From Actinomycetota bacterium (GTDB taxonomy: Bacteria; Actinomycetota; Acidimicrobiia; Spongiisociales; ZC4RG35), in assembly GCA_034658975.1 (NCBI GenBank), contig JAYEGJ010000001.1:1991-65990 (forward strand): DNA of 64,000 nucleotides. The letters are read 5' to 3'. This document shows positions 1 to 8,759 of this stretch, in pieces. Below the pieces are notes generated by a model. That model ran no database searches. It was given only the letters and a program-made list of their open reading frames with translations, and had not been told where the DNA came from. The translations under genes were made by a program, and so were the position numbers. How positions within the stretch are numbered: the stretch's first letter is position 1; each line of letters opens with the position of its first letter.

Positions 1-1
1 G

Positions 2-310
2 ATGGTCCGGGGACAAGACTGGGGAGGGATGACCAGCGCGTACATGGAGTACCCGGCCGGTCTGGACTTCACCCCCCTCCTGGAGGGTCTCGAGCACAAT
101 TACTGCCAGTGCCCACACTGGGGATTCGTCATTGAGGGCAAGATCCTCGTGACCTACCAGGACGGCACTCAGGAGACCGTTGGAGCCGGCGAGATCTACT
201 ACTGGCCGTCCGGGCACACCATCCTGGTCGAGGAAGCGGTCAGGATGGTCGAATTCAGCCCCCACGACCAGATGTCACAAGTACTCGCCCACGTTGTTGG
301 GAAGCTCTAG
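2..310 (+). CDS. Cupin-domain protein; the 5' end may be cut by the window edge.
   Basis: The ORF starts at base 2. The protein shows the cupin beta-barrel pattern (GFVIEGKILVTYQDG...GAGEIYYWPSGHTILVEE) and conserved His. Confidence 0.5.
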   Translation: MVRGQDWGGMTSAYMEYPAGLDFTPLLEGLEHNYCQCPHWGFVIEGKILVTYQDGTQETVGAGEIYYWPSGHTILVEEAVRMVEFSPHDQMSQVLAHVVGKL

Positions 311-454
311 GAGAGATCCCGAGTAGGGATTGAGATGACGGCCCTTGGATGGCCCGACGGCAACTCGCGGGCCATCCGGAATCGGAGCTTCATCCAAAGC
401 GCTGGTTTGGCCACCTCTCAATCGGTGATGCATGACCGTATTCTCGGATAACGG

Positions 455-1048
455 ATGTCGAAGCAGGACACAGCAACCAGGATTCTCGATGCAGCAAGAG
501 CTTGTCTGCTGGCCGACGGGTTCGCCGCCCTGACTACCCGCAAGGTGGCGCAACATGCCGGTGTTCCCCTTTCCCAGATTCACTACCACTTCGGCTCCAG
601 GGAGGACCTCATCCTCAGTCTCCTCCGGAAGGAAAACGAAGCGCTGGTAGGGAGGCAGAGTGAAATGTTCGCTCGGGAGATCCCGGTGTGGAGGAAGTGG
701 GAGATCGCGTGTGATTACTACGACGAGGACCTGGCCTCCGGTTACGTCCGTGTCCTCCAGGAGATGACCGCGGCAGGGTGGTCCTCCGAACCCCTGGGTA
801 AGGAGATGGCCGAGATCTATCGGGAGTGGAATTCCGTACTGATCGATCTTGCCCGGGAGACCGACGAGAAGGGGCTTCTCCCACCACTGTTCACCGTAGA
901 GGAGGTCGCCGCTCTGGTGGCCTCGGCGTTTCTAGGGGCGGAGGCATTGATCCTTCTCGACATGGAGGGCGATGGCATGCCGTTGAGATCGGCGCTGCGC
1001 AAGGTGGGCGATTTGATCAGGATCGCCGAGGAGAAGGATGAGGGCTAG
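455..1048 (+). CDS. TetR family transcriptional regulator.
   Basis: The N-terminus carries a TetR helix-turn-helix (TRILDAARACLLADGFAALTTRKVAQHAGVPLSQIHYHF). Its stop overlaps the next gene start. Confidence 0.85.
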   Translation: MSKQDTATRILDAARACLLADGFAALTTRKVAQHAGVPLSQIHYHFGSREDLILSLLRKENEALVGRQSEMFAREIPVWRKWEIACDYYDEDLASGYVRVLQEMTAAGWSSEPLGKEMAEIYREWNSVLIDLARETDEKGLLPPLFTVEEVAALVASAFLGAEALILLDMEGDGMPLRSALRKVGDLIRIAEEKDEG

Positions 1049-3149
1049 ATATCCCGATCGCGACGGCTACATAGAGCGCAACGGCGCTCGGGTCTACTAC
1101 GAGGTCTACGAGAACGAGGGTCCGACGATCTTGTTGGCTCCGACATGGCAGGCCGCCTACTCGCGCAACTGGAAGATGCAGATTCCCTATCTATCGCGCC
1201 ACTTCCGAGTCGTCACTTACGACGCGGTCGGAAATGGGGAGTCCGACCGGTCGCTGAACCCCGAGCGCTACATGATGAGCGAGAGGGTCGCTGACGCCAT
1301 TGCGGTGCTCGATGAGACCGATACCGAGAAGTGCGTTGCCGCCGGGTTGTCGGCGGGCGGAGCTTTTGTGACTGTCCTCGCCGCCGTGCACCCGGAAAGA
1401 TTCGACGGAATCATCCCGATCGCCCCCGCTCATCTCAGATCCGTGCCCACGGCTGAATTGGCGTACGGGTGGGAGCACCTTACGGACGAGGTCTCAGACC
1501 CGAAGGACTGGGAGAAGTACAACATCAACCACTGGCGGGACGATTGGGCAGATTTCGTCGAGTTCTTCTTCGATCAGTGCACAAGTCAACCGCACTCCAC
1601 CAAGCTCTACGACGACCTGGTTGGCTGGGCCATGGAGACGACCGGCGAGGTGATCGCGCTGACATCGACGCCCCCACCCTCATATGAGATGGAGTGGCTC
1701 GCCGAGCGCATCCGGGCCATCACCTGCCCATCGTTGACCATTCAGGGGAGCGGCGACCTGTTGTTCGAGGTCGAGAATGGCGAAGCCCTCGCCAAGGACC
1801 TCGGTGGCGAGTTGGTCGTCCTCGAGGGCGCGGATCACATCCCGATTGGCCGGCAGCCGGTGAAGGTCAACCACCTCATCAGGGACTTCGTGGAGAGGGT
1901 CTACAGAATCCAGCGGCCCCAACACGCCTGGCACGTCGGATCGAGTCGATCGAAGAAGGCGTTGTATGTCTCGTCGCCGATCGGTCTCGGCCACGTTCGA
2001 CGGGATGTCGCCATTGCCGAAGAGCTACGCCAGATCCACCCGGATCTTCAGATCGACTGGCTGGCACAAGATCCGGTGACCCGGGTTCTCGACGCCAATG
2101 GGGAGACGATCCATCCCGCGTCGCATCATCTGGCCAATGAGTCGGGCCACATCGAGGACGAATCGGGCGAGCACGATCTCAACGCATTTCAGGCGATACG
2201 CAACATGGACGAGATCATGGCTTCCAACTTCATGCTGTTCGACGAGGTGGTCGCGGGCGGCCAGTACGACGTGGTCATCGGTGATGAGACGTGGGAGATC
2301 GACTACCACCTTCACGAGAACCCCAACCTCAAGAAGACCTCCTACGTCTGGATGACCGACTTCGTTGGCTGGGTTCCGATGCCCTCGGGTGGTGATCGCG
2401 AGGCGTTTGTCGCCGCCGATTACAACGCCGAGATGATCGAGCACATAGCCCGCTACAAGCGGATCAGAGACAAGGCGGTCTTCGTCGGCAACCCCGATGA
2501 CATCATCGCCGGGACCTTTGGTCCCGATCTGCCGCTGATACGGGAGTGGACCGAGGCCAACTACGACTTCGCCGGGTACGTCACCGGTTTCGACCCTGCC
2601 GCTCTCGGTGAGCGGGATGAGTTGAGGGCCGAACTCGGGTACCACCCCGATGAGAAGGTCTGCATCGTCACCGTCGGCGGTTCGGGCGTGGGCCGGAACC
2701 TGATCGAGAGAGTGGTGGATGGTTATCCGGCGGCCCGGCGAAAGGTGTCCGGTCTGAGGATGATCGTGGTGACCGGACCCCGTCTCGATCCGGATTCACT
2801 TCCCCAGGTCGAGGGTGTGGAGTACCGGTCGTATGTCGATCGGCTCTACCGGCACCTGGCGGTGGCCGATCTGGCCATCGTCCAGGCAGGCCTGACCACC
2901 ACCATGGAGCTGGCCGCAGCCAAGGTCCCGTTTATCCACCTGCCGCTGCGCAATCACTTTGAGCAGAACTTCCACGTCCCGGCCCGACTGGAGCGATATG
3001 GAGCCGGTCGGCAAATGGATTACGACGACGCCAATCCCGACCACCTCGCGTCGGTGATCGCCGAGGAGATCGGGAGGAAGGTCGACTACATGGATGTGGA
3101 AACCGACGGGGCAGCGAAGGCGGCAGCGATGATCGCCGAACTGATCTAG
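1038..3149 (+). CDS. Fusion protein: N-terminal alpha/beta hydrolase (about 300 aa) joined to a C-terminal GT-B glycosyltransferase (MGT/GT1-GT28-like).
   Basis: N-terminal half: YDAVGNGESDRS and an LSAGG nucleophile elbow. C-terminal half: PIGLGHVRRDVAIAEEL and VGGSGVGRN, a UDP-glycosyltransferase-like GT-B fold. One 703-aa ORF. Confidence 0.7.
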   Translation: MRARYPDRDGYIERNGARVYYEVYENEGPTILLAPTWQAAYSRNWKMQIPYLSRHFRVVTYDAVGNGESDRSLNPERYMMSERVADAIAVLDETDTEKCVAAGLSAGGAFVTVLAAVHPERFDGIIPIAPAHLRSVPTAELAYGWEHLTDEVSDPKDWEKYNINHWRDDWADFVEFFFDQCTSQPHSTKLYDDLVGWAMETTGEVIALTSTPPPSYEMEWLAERIRAITCPSLTIQGSGDLLFEVENGEALAKDLGGELVVLEGADHIPIGRQPVKVNHLIRDFVERVYRIQRPQHAWHVGSSRSKKALYVSSPIGLGHVRRDVAIAEELRQIHPDLQIDWLAQDPVTRVLDANGETIHPASHHLANESGHIEDESGEHDLNAFQAIRNMDEIMASNFMLFDEVVAGGQYDVVIGDETWEIDYHLHENPNLKKTSYVWMTDFVGWVPMPSGGDREAFVAADYNAEMIEHIARYKRIRDKAVFVGNPDDIIAGTFGPDLPLIREWTEANYDFAGYVTGFDPAALGERDELRAELGYHPDEKVCIVTVGGSGVGRNLIERVVDGYPAARRKVSGLRMIVVTGPRLDPDSLPQVEGVEYRSYVDRLYRHLAVADLAIVQAGLTTTMELAAAKVPFIHLPLRNHFEQNFHVPARLERYGAGRQMDYDDANPDHLASVIAEEIGRKVDYMDVETDGAAKAAAMIAELI

Positions 3150-3171
3150 AACTCACCGAGGAGGAGAGACC

Positions 3172-3570
3172 ATGGCTCTGGCACCGGAACGCCTCGAAGC
3201 ATCACAAGAGGACATCGATGGCGTGACGACCGCCGTTCTCGACTACATCAAGGGGTACACGGAGGGTGACGCCGAACGGCACGCCCGCGCCTACCACCCC
3301 GAGTGTTTGAAGCGCCGTCTGGCTCCCGATGAAGATGACGTCACTGCCATCACGGTCATCACACCGCAGATGATGGTCGAGTACGCGGCGAGCGGGATAT
3401 CGGTCGTGGAGGACTGTGAGTTCGAGGTGATCATCGACGACATCTCAGATGACATCGCCTCCGTCCGGGTGTACTCCTGCAAGTGGGTGGACTTCATCCA
3501 TCTGGCCAAGGCACGTGGTGAGTGGAGGCTTTTTCACGTCACTTGGCACAACCGGGAGAAGCTGGGGTAG
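3172..3570 (+). CDS. NTF2-like (SnoaL/lumazine-binding-like) small protein.
   Basis: 132 aa. The 'ERHARAYHPECLKRRL...WRLFHVTWH' pattern is typical of NTF2-fold proteins. A ribosome-binding site (GAGGAG) lies upstream. Confidence 0.5.
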   Translation: MALAPERLEASQEDIDGVTTAVLDYIKGYTEGDAERHARAYHPECLKRRLAPDEDDVTAITVITPQMMVEYAASGISVVEDCEFEVIIDDISDDIASVRVYSCKWVDFIHLAKARGEWRLFHVTWHNREKLG

Positions 3571-3721
3571 TTGCTTGGGGTCTGTATGACCCTCGCCCAC
3601 GGAGGCTCTCGATGCGGGTCCGTTCTGGGTTCTCAGGTGGTCAGTTGCGCGTGGCCCGTTGAAGCGGCGAGAATCGTCGGCATGGGCACCGAGCTTCGTC
3701 TGAAGTGATGGCCGGCGACTG

Positions 3722-4948
3722 ATGGAGATCGTCTCGTCGCTGGTCGACCTTCTGATCATCCTGGTTGCAGCCAAGATCGGCGCCGAGTTGATGTCAGCGA
3801 TACGACAACCCCCGGTCATTGGGGAACTGATAATGGGGATGGTCGTTGGGGCAAGCCTGTTGGGGTGGATCGATGTGCAGGCCGGGGGCATCGTCCCCAC
3901 GCTTGCCGAACTGGGGGTGATCATCCTTCTCTTCGAGGTCGGGCTTCAGATCCAGATGCGTGACATGCTTCGGCTTGGTTCCGTAGCCGTGTCCGTGGCC
4001 CTCATCGGCGTGGTGGTGCCTTTTGCCTTCGGCTACTACGCCTCGCTCTTGTTCGATCTTGGCGGGGGAAGCACGGAGGTAGCTCTGTTCCTCGGTGCGG
4101 CGATGACGGCAACCAGCGTCGGGATAACGGCAAGAGTGTTCTCCGACTTCGGGGGCATGGAAACCGACGAAGCACGAACGGTGATCGGGGCGGCTGTCGT
4201 TGACGACATTGTTGGCTTGCTGATCCTCGCTGTCGTCGTCGCGTTGTTGGGCAGTGACGGGAGCTTCGCCACTGGTGACCTCTTGGGACTTGTTCTTCGT
4301 GTGGGTGTGTTCCTGGTCGTTGCGGTCGGCGTCGGAGCGTTGGTCATGCCGTACCTCCTGAAACTGTTGAGCTCACTGAGGGTTCCCGGCAGCTACATCG
4401 TTGGGGCATTGGTCATCGCCATCGGTGTTGCCGTTGCAGCCGAAACGTTGGCTGGACTCGATCCGATCGTTGGAGCGTTCGTGGCAGGTCTGATTGTCGG
4501 GCAGGCCGAGCACGTGGAACGTATCCAGTCCGAGATCCGACCGATATCTCACCTTCTGGTACCGGTGTTCTTCGTGACCATCGGAGCCCAGATCAACATC
4601 CAGACGCTCTTCGAACCGGGCATCCTCATCGCCGGATTCGTCTTGTCGCTGTTGGCGGCGATCGGCAAGGTGGTAGCCGGCCTGGGAGTCGGTCGGAAGC
4701 CGCTTCGCAAGCTTGTCGTAGGCGTCGGGATGATTCCCCGTGGAGAGGTCGGACTCATATTCGCCGGTCTTGGAGCCACCACCCTCAGCGCTGTAATCGG
4801 CGAACCCGAAGTCGCAATAGTCGTCCTGATGGTGATACTCACCACCGTCCTCGGCCCGCTCCTATTGAGCAACCTGCTCCGCCGACCACCACCCGACAGC
4901 ACTCTTGCATCGCCCGGGTCAGCGGATGTGAGATCCCAGGACCCTTGA
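3722..4948 (+). CDS. Cation:proton antiporter (Na+/H+ exchanger family, CPA1/CPA2).
   Basis: Polytopic membrane protein. The N-terminus (LIILVAAKIGAELMSAIRQPPVIGELIMGMVVG) and the ATSVGITARVFSD motif are typical of Kef/NhaP-type exchangers. Confidence 0.85.
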   Translation: MEIVSSLVDLLIILVAAKIGAELMSAIRQPPVIGELIMGMVVGASLLGWIDVQAGGIVPTLAELGVIILLFEVGLQIQMRDMLRLGSVAVSVALIGVVVPFAFGYYASLLFDLGGGSTEVALFLGAAMTATSVGITARVFSDFGGMETDEARTVIGAAVVDDIVGLLILAVVVALLGSDGSFATGDLLGLVLRVGVFLVVAVGVGALVMPYLLKLLSSLRVPGSYIVGALVIAIGVAVAAETLAGLDPIVGAFVAGLIVGQAEHVERIQSEIRPISHLLVPVFFVTIGAQINIQTLFEPGILIAGFVLSLLAAIGKVVAGLGVGRKPLRKLVVGVGMIPRGEVGLIFAGLGATTLSAVIGEPEVAIVVLMVILTTVLGPLLLSNLLRRPPPDSTLASPGSADVRSQDP

Positions 4949-5160
4949 TGCTCGCCGGTACTGTGGAGTCGCTGATGTCAGATATCCAGAGTGAACAGGA
5001 TCACGCGGTCCTCACGTCCATTGAGCGGCTCCAGGTCCAAGAGTCAGACTTGGTCCACAAGCTGGAGCGATGCGTTCCGCCCGTGGATCAGCACCGTCAG
5101 GACCTGAACATCGTCCGATCCCAACTCGAAGAACTTCGCGGCTCACTCGGTTGGGAGTAG
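4945..5160 (+). CDS. Small hypothetical coiled-coil protein (71 aa) with an ATGA overlap onto the antiporter stop.
   Basis: The only support is the ORF plus translational coupling geometry. No recognisable family. Confidence 0.25.
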   Translation: MMLAGTVESLMSDIQSEQDHAVLTSIERLQVQESDLVHKLERCVPPVDQHRQDLNIVRSQLEELRGSLGWE

Positions 5161-5218
5161 CAGCCTTCGCCCGCCAAGTCGTTTGATGTGTCCGCCCAGA
5201 AGGCCGGCGTTTCTTCGA

Positions 5219-5506
5219 TCAGGAGGAGTCGTCGGTGAGCTTGATCTCACCTTGAGCAAACCCAGATTGATATCGAGAGCCTCTAAGGGTGCGTAGCTCG
5301 GCGGCGAAGTCATCGTCCAGGTCGAGGGCCTTGATCAGCTTCTCGGCCACCGCCGGTGTGGGTGATCGCTTGCCGCTGAGTAGCGAATCGACGTTGCTTG
5401 GGCTCAGGCCGGTGTGGTTGGCCAGATCCTTGGTACTCAACCCCAGGAATCGACGCCGTGCATTCAGACGGGAGGCGAGATCTATCGGGACCTTGCTGTT
5501 TCCCAT
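5219..5506 (-). CDS. XRE-family helix-turn-helix transcriptional regulator (about 95 aa from the internal Met MGNSKVPID).
   Basis: HTH_XRE signature RRRFLGLSTKDLANHTGLSPSNVDSLLSGKRSP. The longer upstream extension of the ORF is GC-shadow. Divergent to the 5586 gene. Confidence 0.7.
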   Translation of the reverse strand: MGNSKVPIDLASRLNARRRFLGLSTKDLANHTGLSPSNVDSLLSGKRSPTPAVAEKLIKALDLDDDFAAELRTLRGSRYQSGFAQGEIKLTDDSS

Positions 5507-5585
5507 GTGTCGATCGTAGGCCACCTCGGCATCGGGATCACAAGTCCGCGGTGGGTGGCGGCGGCGGACCGGAATCGGGTGGTCC

Positions 5586-6797
5586 GTGGAGAAAGCCCTC
5601 ACGGACATTCCGCAGACGAAGAAGAACAACCCGATCCCGGGCAAGGTCGAGTACTCGGCAGTTCACAACTGTGCCAACGATTACGGGTACATGATCCCGA
5701 TGACGTGGGATGTCGACGATGTGCTGGTCATCGCGGCGCACGCGAACGTTTCGGATATGACCAGCGGCGTCACCGAGATCTTGGCAGTCAGCGCTGCGGG
5801 TCCCGGCATCGATGTGTATGGGCCGCTTGGTGAGTACAAGGCTCCTGGCGATGCAGCGTGGACGGGTCCCGTGGACGCGGTCGCGACGTATGTTCATCCG
5901 TCCTGGCCGTCGATTACTGGTGCAACACGGATCTCCAACACGTCTCTGATCGACGGAGACATCGCGGGCAACTCGTGGCGATGGTTCACCGACGAGTTCG
6001 AAGTCCCCGGCTATCCGATGAGTGCGAGCGTCGTAACCGCGACGGCCGACAACGCTGAAGAGGTGTACCTCAACGGCGTGTTCGTCGGTTCAGACGGTGA
6101 GGTACAGGGTCCTTACGTGGACAACAGCGAATGGGGCACAGTCCTCGACTACGGCATCGCTCCGGTGATGGGAACAAACACGCTCGACTTCATCGTGCGG
6201 AACTACCCCGGTAGCTCGAACCCGGAGGCCAATCCGACCGGGTTGATCTACGAGGTCGAGGTCGAGTACCTGGCCCGCGGCGAAATCGCCTGGGGCAACG
6301 GCACCGATTTCGGTGGCAAGCAATGGGGGATGTGGTTCAACTACACCGTCCAGGAAGGCCTCTTCGAGACAATCATGGTGCCCTCGAGGAATGCCGCTGG
6401 CACTGGTAACGAAGTGGTGACCAGTGCCGCCCTGGTTGACGGTGCCGATTATGAGTTGAGGGCGAACGGAACCTACCGATTCGCCAACTGGGGCGCCAAC
6501 GGGATCGCGGATGCACAGTGCTCGCTGAGACCTGACGGCACCTGGTTGAACGGTAATGACATCGGTACTCCGAGGGAGAACTACCTCGAAGTGTGGGCGG
6601 GGGATATCGTCGCCCCCGCAGCGATTGACTGGTCTCCTGGTACGTGCCAGCCGAGCTATCTCTACACGTCGACGTTTACGTCAGTGGGTATCCCGGTCTC
6701 GTTCACGATCATGGATGCTTGCAGTCCTACTGTGGACGGCTGCTACGGAGACAACAGCGGCTACATCACGGTCGAGATCTGGTGGACGGGCAACTAG
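5586..6797 (+). CDS. Hypothetical 403-aa protein, no signal peptide or transmembrane segment, beta-rich (PA14/jelly-roll-like stretches). Orphan.
   Basis: Long ORF with a GTG start, diverging from the XRE gene. A stem-loop terminator lies immediately downstream. No family recognised. Confidence 0.55.
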   Translation: MEKALTDIPQTKKNNPIPGKVEYSAVHNCANDYGYMIPMTWDVDDVLVIAAHANVSDMTSGVTEILAVSAAGPGIDVYGPLGEYKAPGDAAWTGPVDAVATYVHPSWPSITGATRISNTSLIDGDIAGNSWRWFTDEFEVPGYPMSASVVTATADNAEEVYLNGVFVGSDGEVQGPYVDNSEWGTVLDYGIAPVMGTNTLDFIVRNYPGSSNPEANPTGLIYEVEVEYLARGEIAWGNGTDFGGKQWGMWFNYTVQEGLFETIMVPSRNAAGTGNEVVTSAALVDGADYELRANGTYRFANWGANGIADAQCSLRPDGTWLNGNDIGTPRENYLEVWAGDIVAPAAIDWSPGTCQPSYLYTSTFTSVGIPVSFTIMDACSPTVDGCYGDNSGYITVEIWWTGN

Positions 6798-6821
6798 CCG
6801 CATAAAACCACCAGCGAGATT

Positions 6822-6850
6822 CGCAGGACCCCTGAATCGGGGGTCCTGCG
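6822..6850 (+). terminator. Rho-independent terminator hairpin after the 5586 gene.
   Basis: cgcaggaccc-ctgaatc-gggtcctgcg, followed by tcgtctt. Confidence 0.6.
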
Positions 6851-7028
6851 TCGTCTTGGTGGCTACTCACGCTTCCCACACCAATCGCGGCAACACCACA
6901 CATGACGATGGTTTGGGCGACGTGCACAGTGTGGTGCAAGCAACCGAGCTGCCACGAGAATCCGTGGTCGCTGGGTAGTAGGTTGGAGTCAACAGGCGAG
7001 CGAAGTGCCAAATACCTGCTCAGGGCAG

Positions 7029-7124
7029 TGGCGGAGGCGGACGGGAATCGAACCCGCCAGAGACTGAATCAGCCTCTCACCGGTTTTGAAGACCGGGGGA
7101 CCCACCAGGCGTCCAGACGCCTCC
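7029..7124 (-). tRNA. selC: tRNA-Sec (selenocysteine tRNA, anticodon UCA), about 96 nt including the encoded CCA.
   Basis: Minus-strand sequence GGAGGCG...CCGGT-CTTCAAA-ACCGG...GGCGGGTTCGATTCCCGTC-CGCCTCC-G-CCA. The 7-nt anticodon loop centres on TCA. There is an 8-bp long variable arm (AGAGGCTG/CAGTCTCT), a TTCGATT T-loop, and an acceptor plus T stack of 13 bp with an extended D-stem. Confidence 0.75.
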
Positions 7125-7208
7125 AAGGGTGGAACGCCGAGGTTAGGTCAGACCTATTTCCTAGAGGTGTTGGGAACTTTCCTGCAGACGGATACCATTT
7201 TCTCCTCG

Positions 7209-7832
7209 ATGCCTGAACGCACTTTCGGAAGAACGGTCAAACACAGACGATCCCTGCTTGGTCTGAGCCAGGCCAAGCTGGGCGAACTCGTTGGACGTTC
7301 CCCAGCCAGCATCCGCTCTTGGGAGCGGGACAAGTCGCATCCGTCCGAGCCGGCCGTCATCTCTGCCCTCGCCGCCGTATTGGGTATCGACGAGCAGATG
7401 CTGTTCGAGAAGGCAGGGCAATCGGCCCCCGAAGTTGAGACAAACGAGACCATCGAGCAGGCTCTTGCCACCCTCGGTCCCGAAGTGGTCGAAGAGGAGA
7501 CAGGAGGCGGTGCTGTCCCGGACCAGATCCCCCAAATCCCTGCTGAGCCCGAGCCTCCCCCGGACGCAATACCCGAGCCTTCTCTGGAGGTGACGCCGGC
7601 ACCGGCCCAAACGGCATCACACCCACCCCAGGTGGTCTCGCCCGCAATGCCACCGGTCAACGAACCGTCCTACATGGAGGATCGGTCACAACGCCAGCTC
7701 TACCGGGTTCGGAACCTGGCAACGATCGTCGCCCTGGTTGCGCTCGGGATCATGCTGCTGTGGGCATTCTCCGAGAGCTTCGATGCCATCGGTGCATGGT
7801 GGGACGAGTTCTTCGGAAATCTCCGGCTCTAG
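7209..7832 (+). CDS. XRE-type HTH protein with a Pro/Glu-rich linker and a C-terminal transmembrane helix (RodZ-like architecture).
   Basis: N-terminal HTH from the internal Met MPERTFGRTVKHRRSLLGLSQAKLGELVGRSPASIRSW. C-terminal hydrophobic segment IVALVALGIMLLWAF. Confidence 0.65.
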   Translation: MPERTFGRTVKHRRSLLGLSQAKLGELVGRSPASIRSWERDKSHPSEPAVISALAAVLGIDEQMLFEKAGQSAPEVETNETIEQALATLGPEVVEEETGGGAVPDQIPQIPAEPEPPPDAIPEPSLEVTPAPAQTASHPPQVVSPAMPPVNEPSYMEDRSQRQLYRVRNLATIVALVALGIMLLWAFSESFDAIGAWWDEFFGNLRL

Positions 7833-7848
7833 AGGCTTGTCTCACAAG

Positions 7849-7955
7849 TGATTGCCGGGTCTTTCCGGCCCCCTCCGTCGCCTTCGGCGCCACCTCCCCC
7901 AACGTCGCTGCGCTCCTGGGGGAGGAAACCCTCGCTTCGCTTGAGGGGGAGGAAA
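7849..7955. repeat. Intergenic repeat family A, copy 1 (about 100 bp, contains a CTCCCCCA...TGGGGGAG stem-loop).
   Basis: Near-identical to 12367-12466 (ccctccgtcgccttcggcgccacctcccccaacgtcgct[g/t]cgctcctgggggagga...). Both copies follow the stop codon of a + strand gene. Confidence 0.7.
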
Positions 7956-7960
7956 CGGTT

Positions 7961-8449
7961 CTAGCGGTCGACGAACAGGTTCACGAAAATCTCGGAACCA
8001 GTGTCGCTCACCGAGATCGAATACCGACTGTCACCATCCTCGACGGTCCAGGCTACGGATTTGGGGTTGGCTACCTCCAGCTTGTTGACGACCTCCGATC
8101 CGGTGCCCGCGATCCAGTCTTCATAGAAGCCAACGATCGAGTCGAACTCAGAACTGTTGTAGGACAACGAGACAGTGGCATCGTCCGATTGCTCTACTAC
8201 GGCCATCACCGACCCACCGTTCGGCACATCGATCGGGAAACCGTCAGGGATCTCTCCGGCGCCGAAGGATGCCGAGATGTCCCCTTCCTCATCCTCGATC
8301 TCGATCTTCACCGAACCGTCGTCTTCGTTGACCTCGACGTCGCCAACACCTTCCTGGCCTTCGATGATCCTCTCGGCGACGTCGCCTCCCGAACAACTGG
8401 CAACCAACAAGGCCATCGCTCCAATCGCTGCGGCCATTCCCCTACTCAT
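7961..8449 (-). CDS. Lipoprotein, acidic, hypothetical.
   Basis: Signal peptide plus lipobox (AMALLVASCSGG) from the internal Met MSRGMAAAIG. Confidence 0.6.
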   Translation of the reverse strand: MSRGMAAAIGAMALLVASCSGGDVAERIIEGQEGVGDVEVNEDDGSVKIEIEDEEGDISASFGAGEIPDGFPIDVPNGGSVMAVVEQSDDATVSLSYNSSEFDSIVGFYEDWIAGTGSEVVNKLEVANPKSVAWTVEDGDSRYSISVSDTGSEIFVNLFVDR

Positions 8450-8728
8450 ATCGAACCCCTTCCGGTCATTGACGAAGGTACACAAATCCGCGCCAATTAT
8501 CGGAAAGGTGTGGCAGACTTCCGTTACCAGAGAAAGGAGGTGGTCCGACGTTGTATGAATGTTTTAGGACTCTGGAGGTGGCCGAGCGCTGAGCAGCGCT
8601 GACCGCTGAAGCGTCGCTCTTCCCGTAAGGGGATCGGTGGCGACTCCAAACTCGGACCACCCGGCAATGGCTACCGCGGACTTCGTCCACCGCGGCGCAC
8701 GTCGAGAGATGCCAGTGCTGATCTACTG

Positions 8729-8752
8729 AAAGGCCCCCGCAAGGGGGCCTTT
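8729..8752 (-). terminator. Rho-independent terminator after the 8760-9212 gene.
   Basis: Perfect hairpin aaaggccccc-gcaa-gggggccttt, 7 nt beyond the stop. Confidence 0.7.
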
Positions 8753-8759
8753 CGCCTGG

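Noticed and set aside
8490-8727. Palindromic stretches (gagcgctgagcagcgctgaccgctgaagcgtcgctc) between the lipoprotein and membrane-protein genes, considered as a small RNA.
   Set aside because: There is no conserved structure or repeat partner elsewhere in the window. Only the downstream hairpin (8729-8752) is a convincing terminator.
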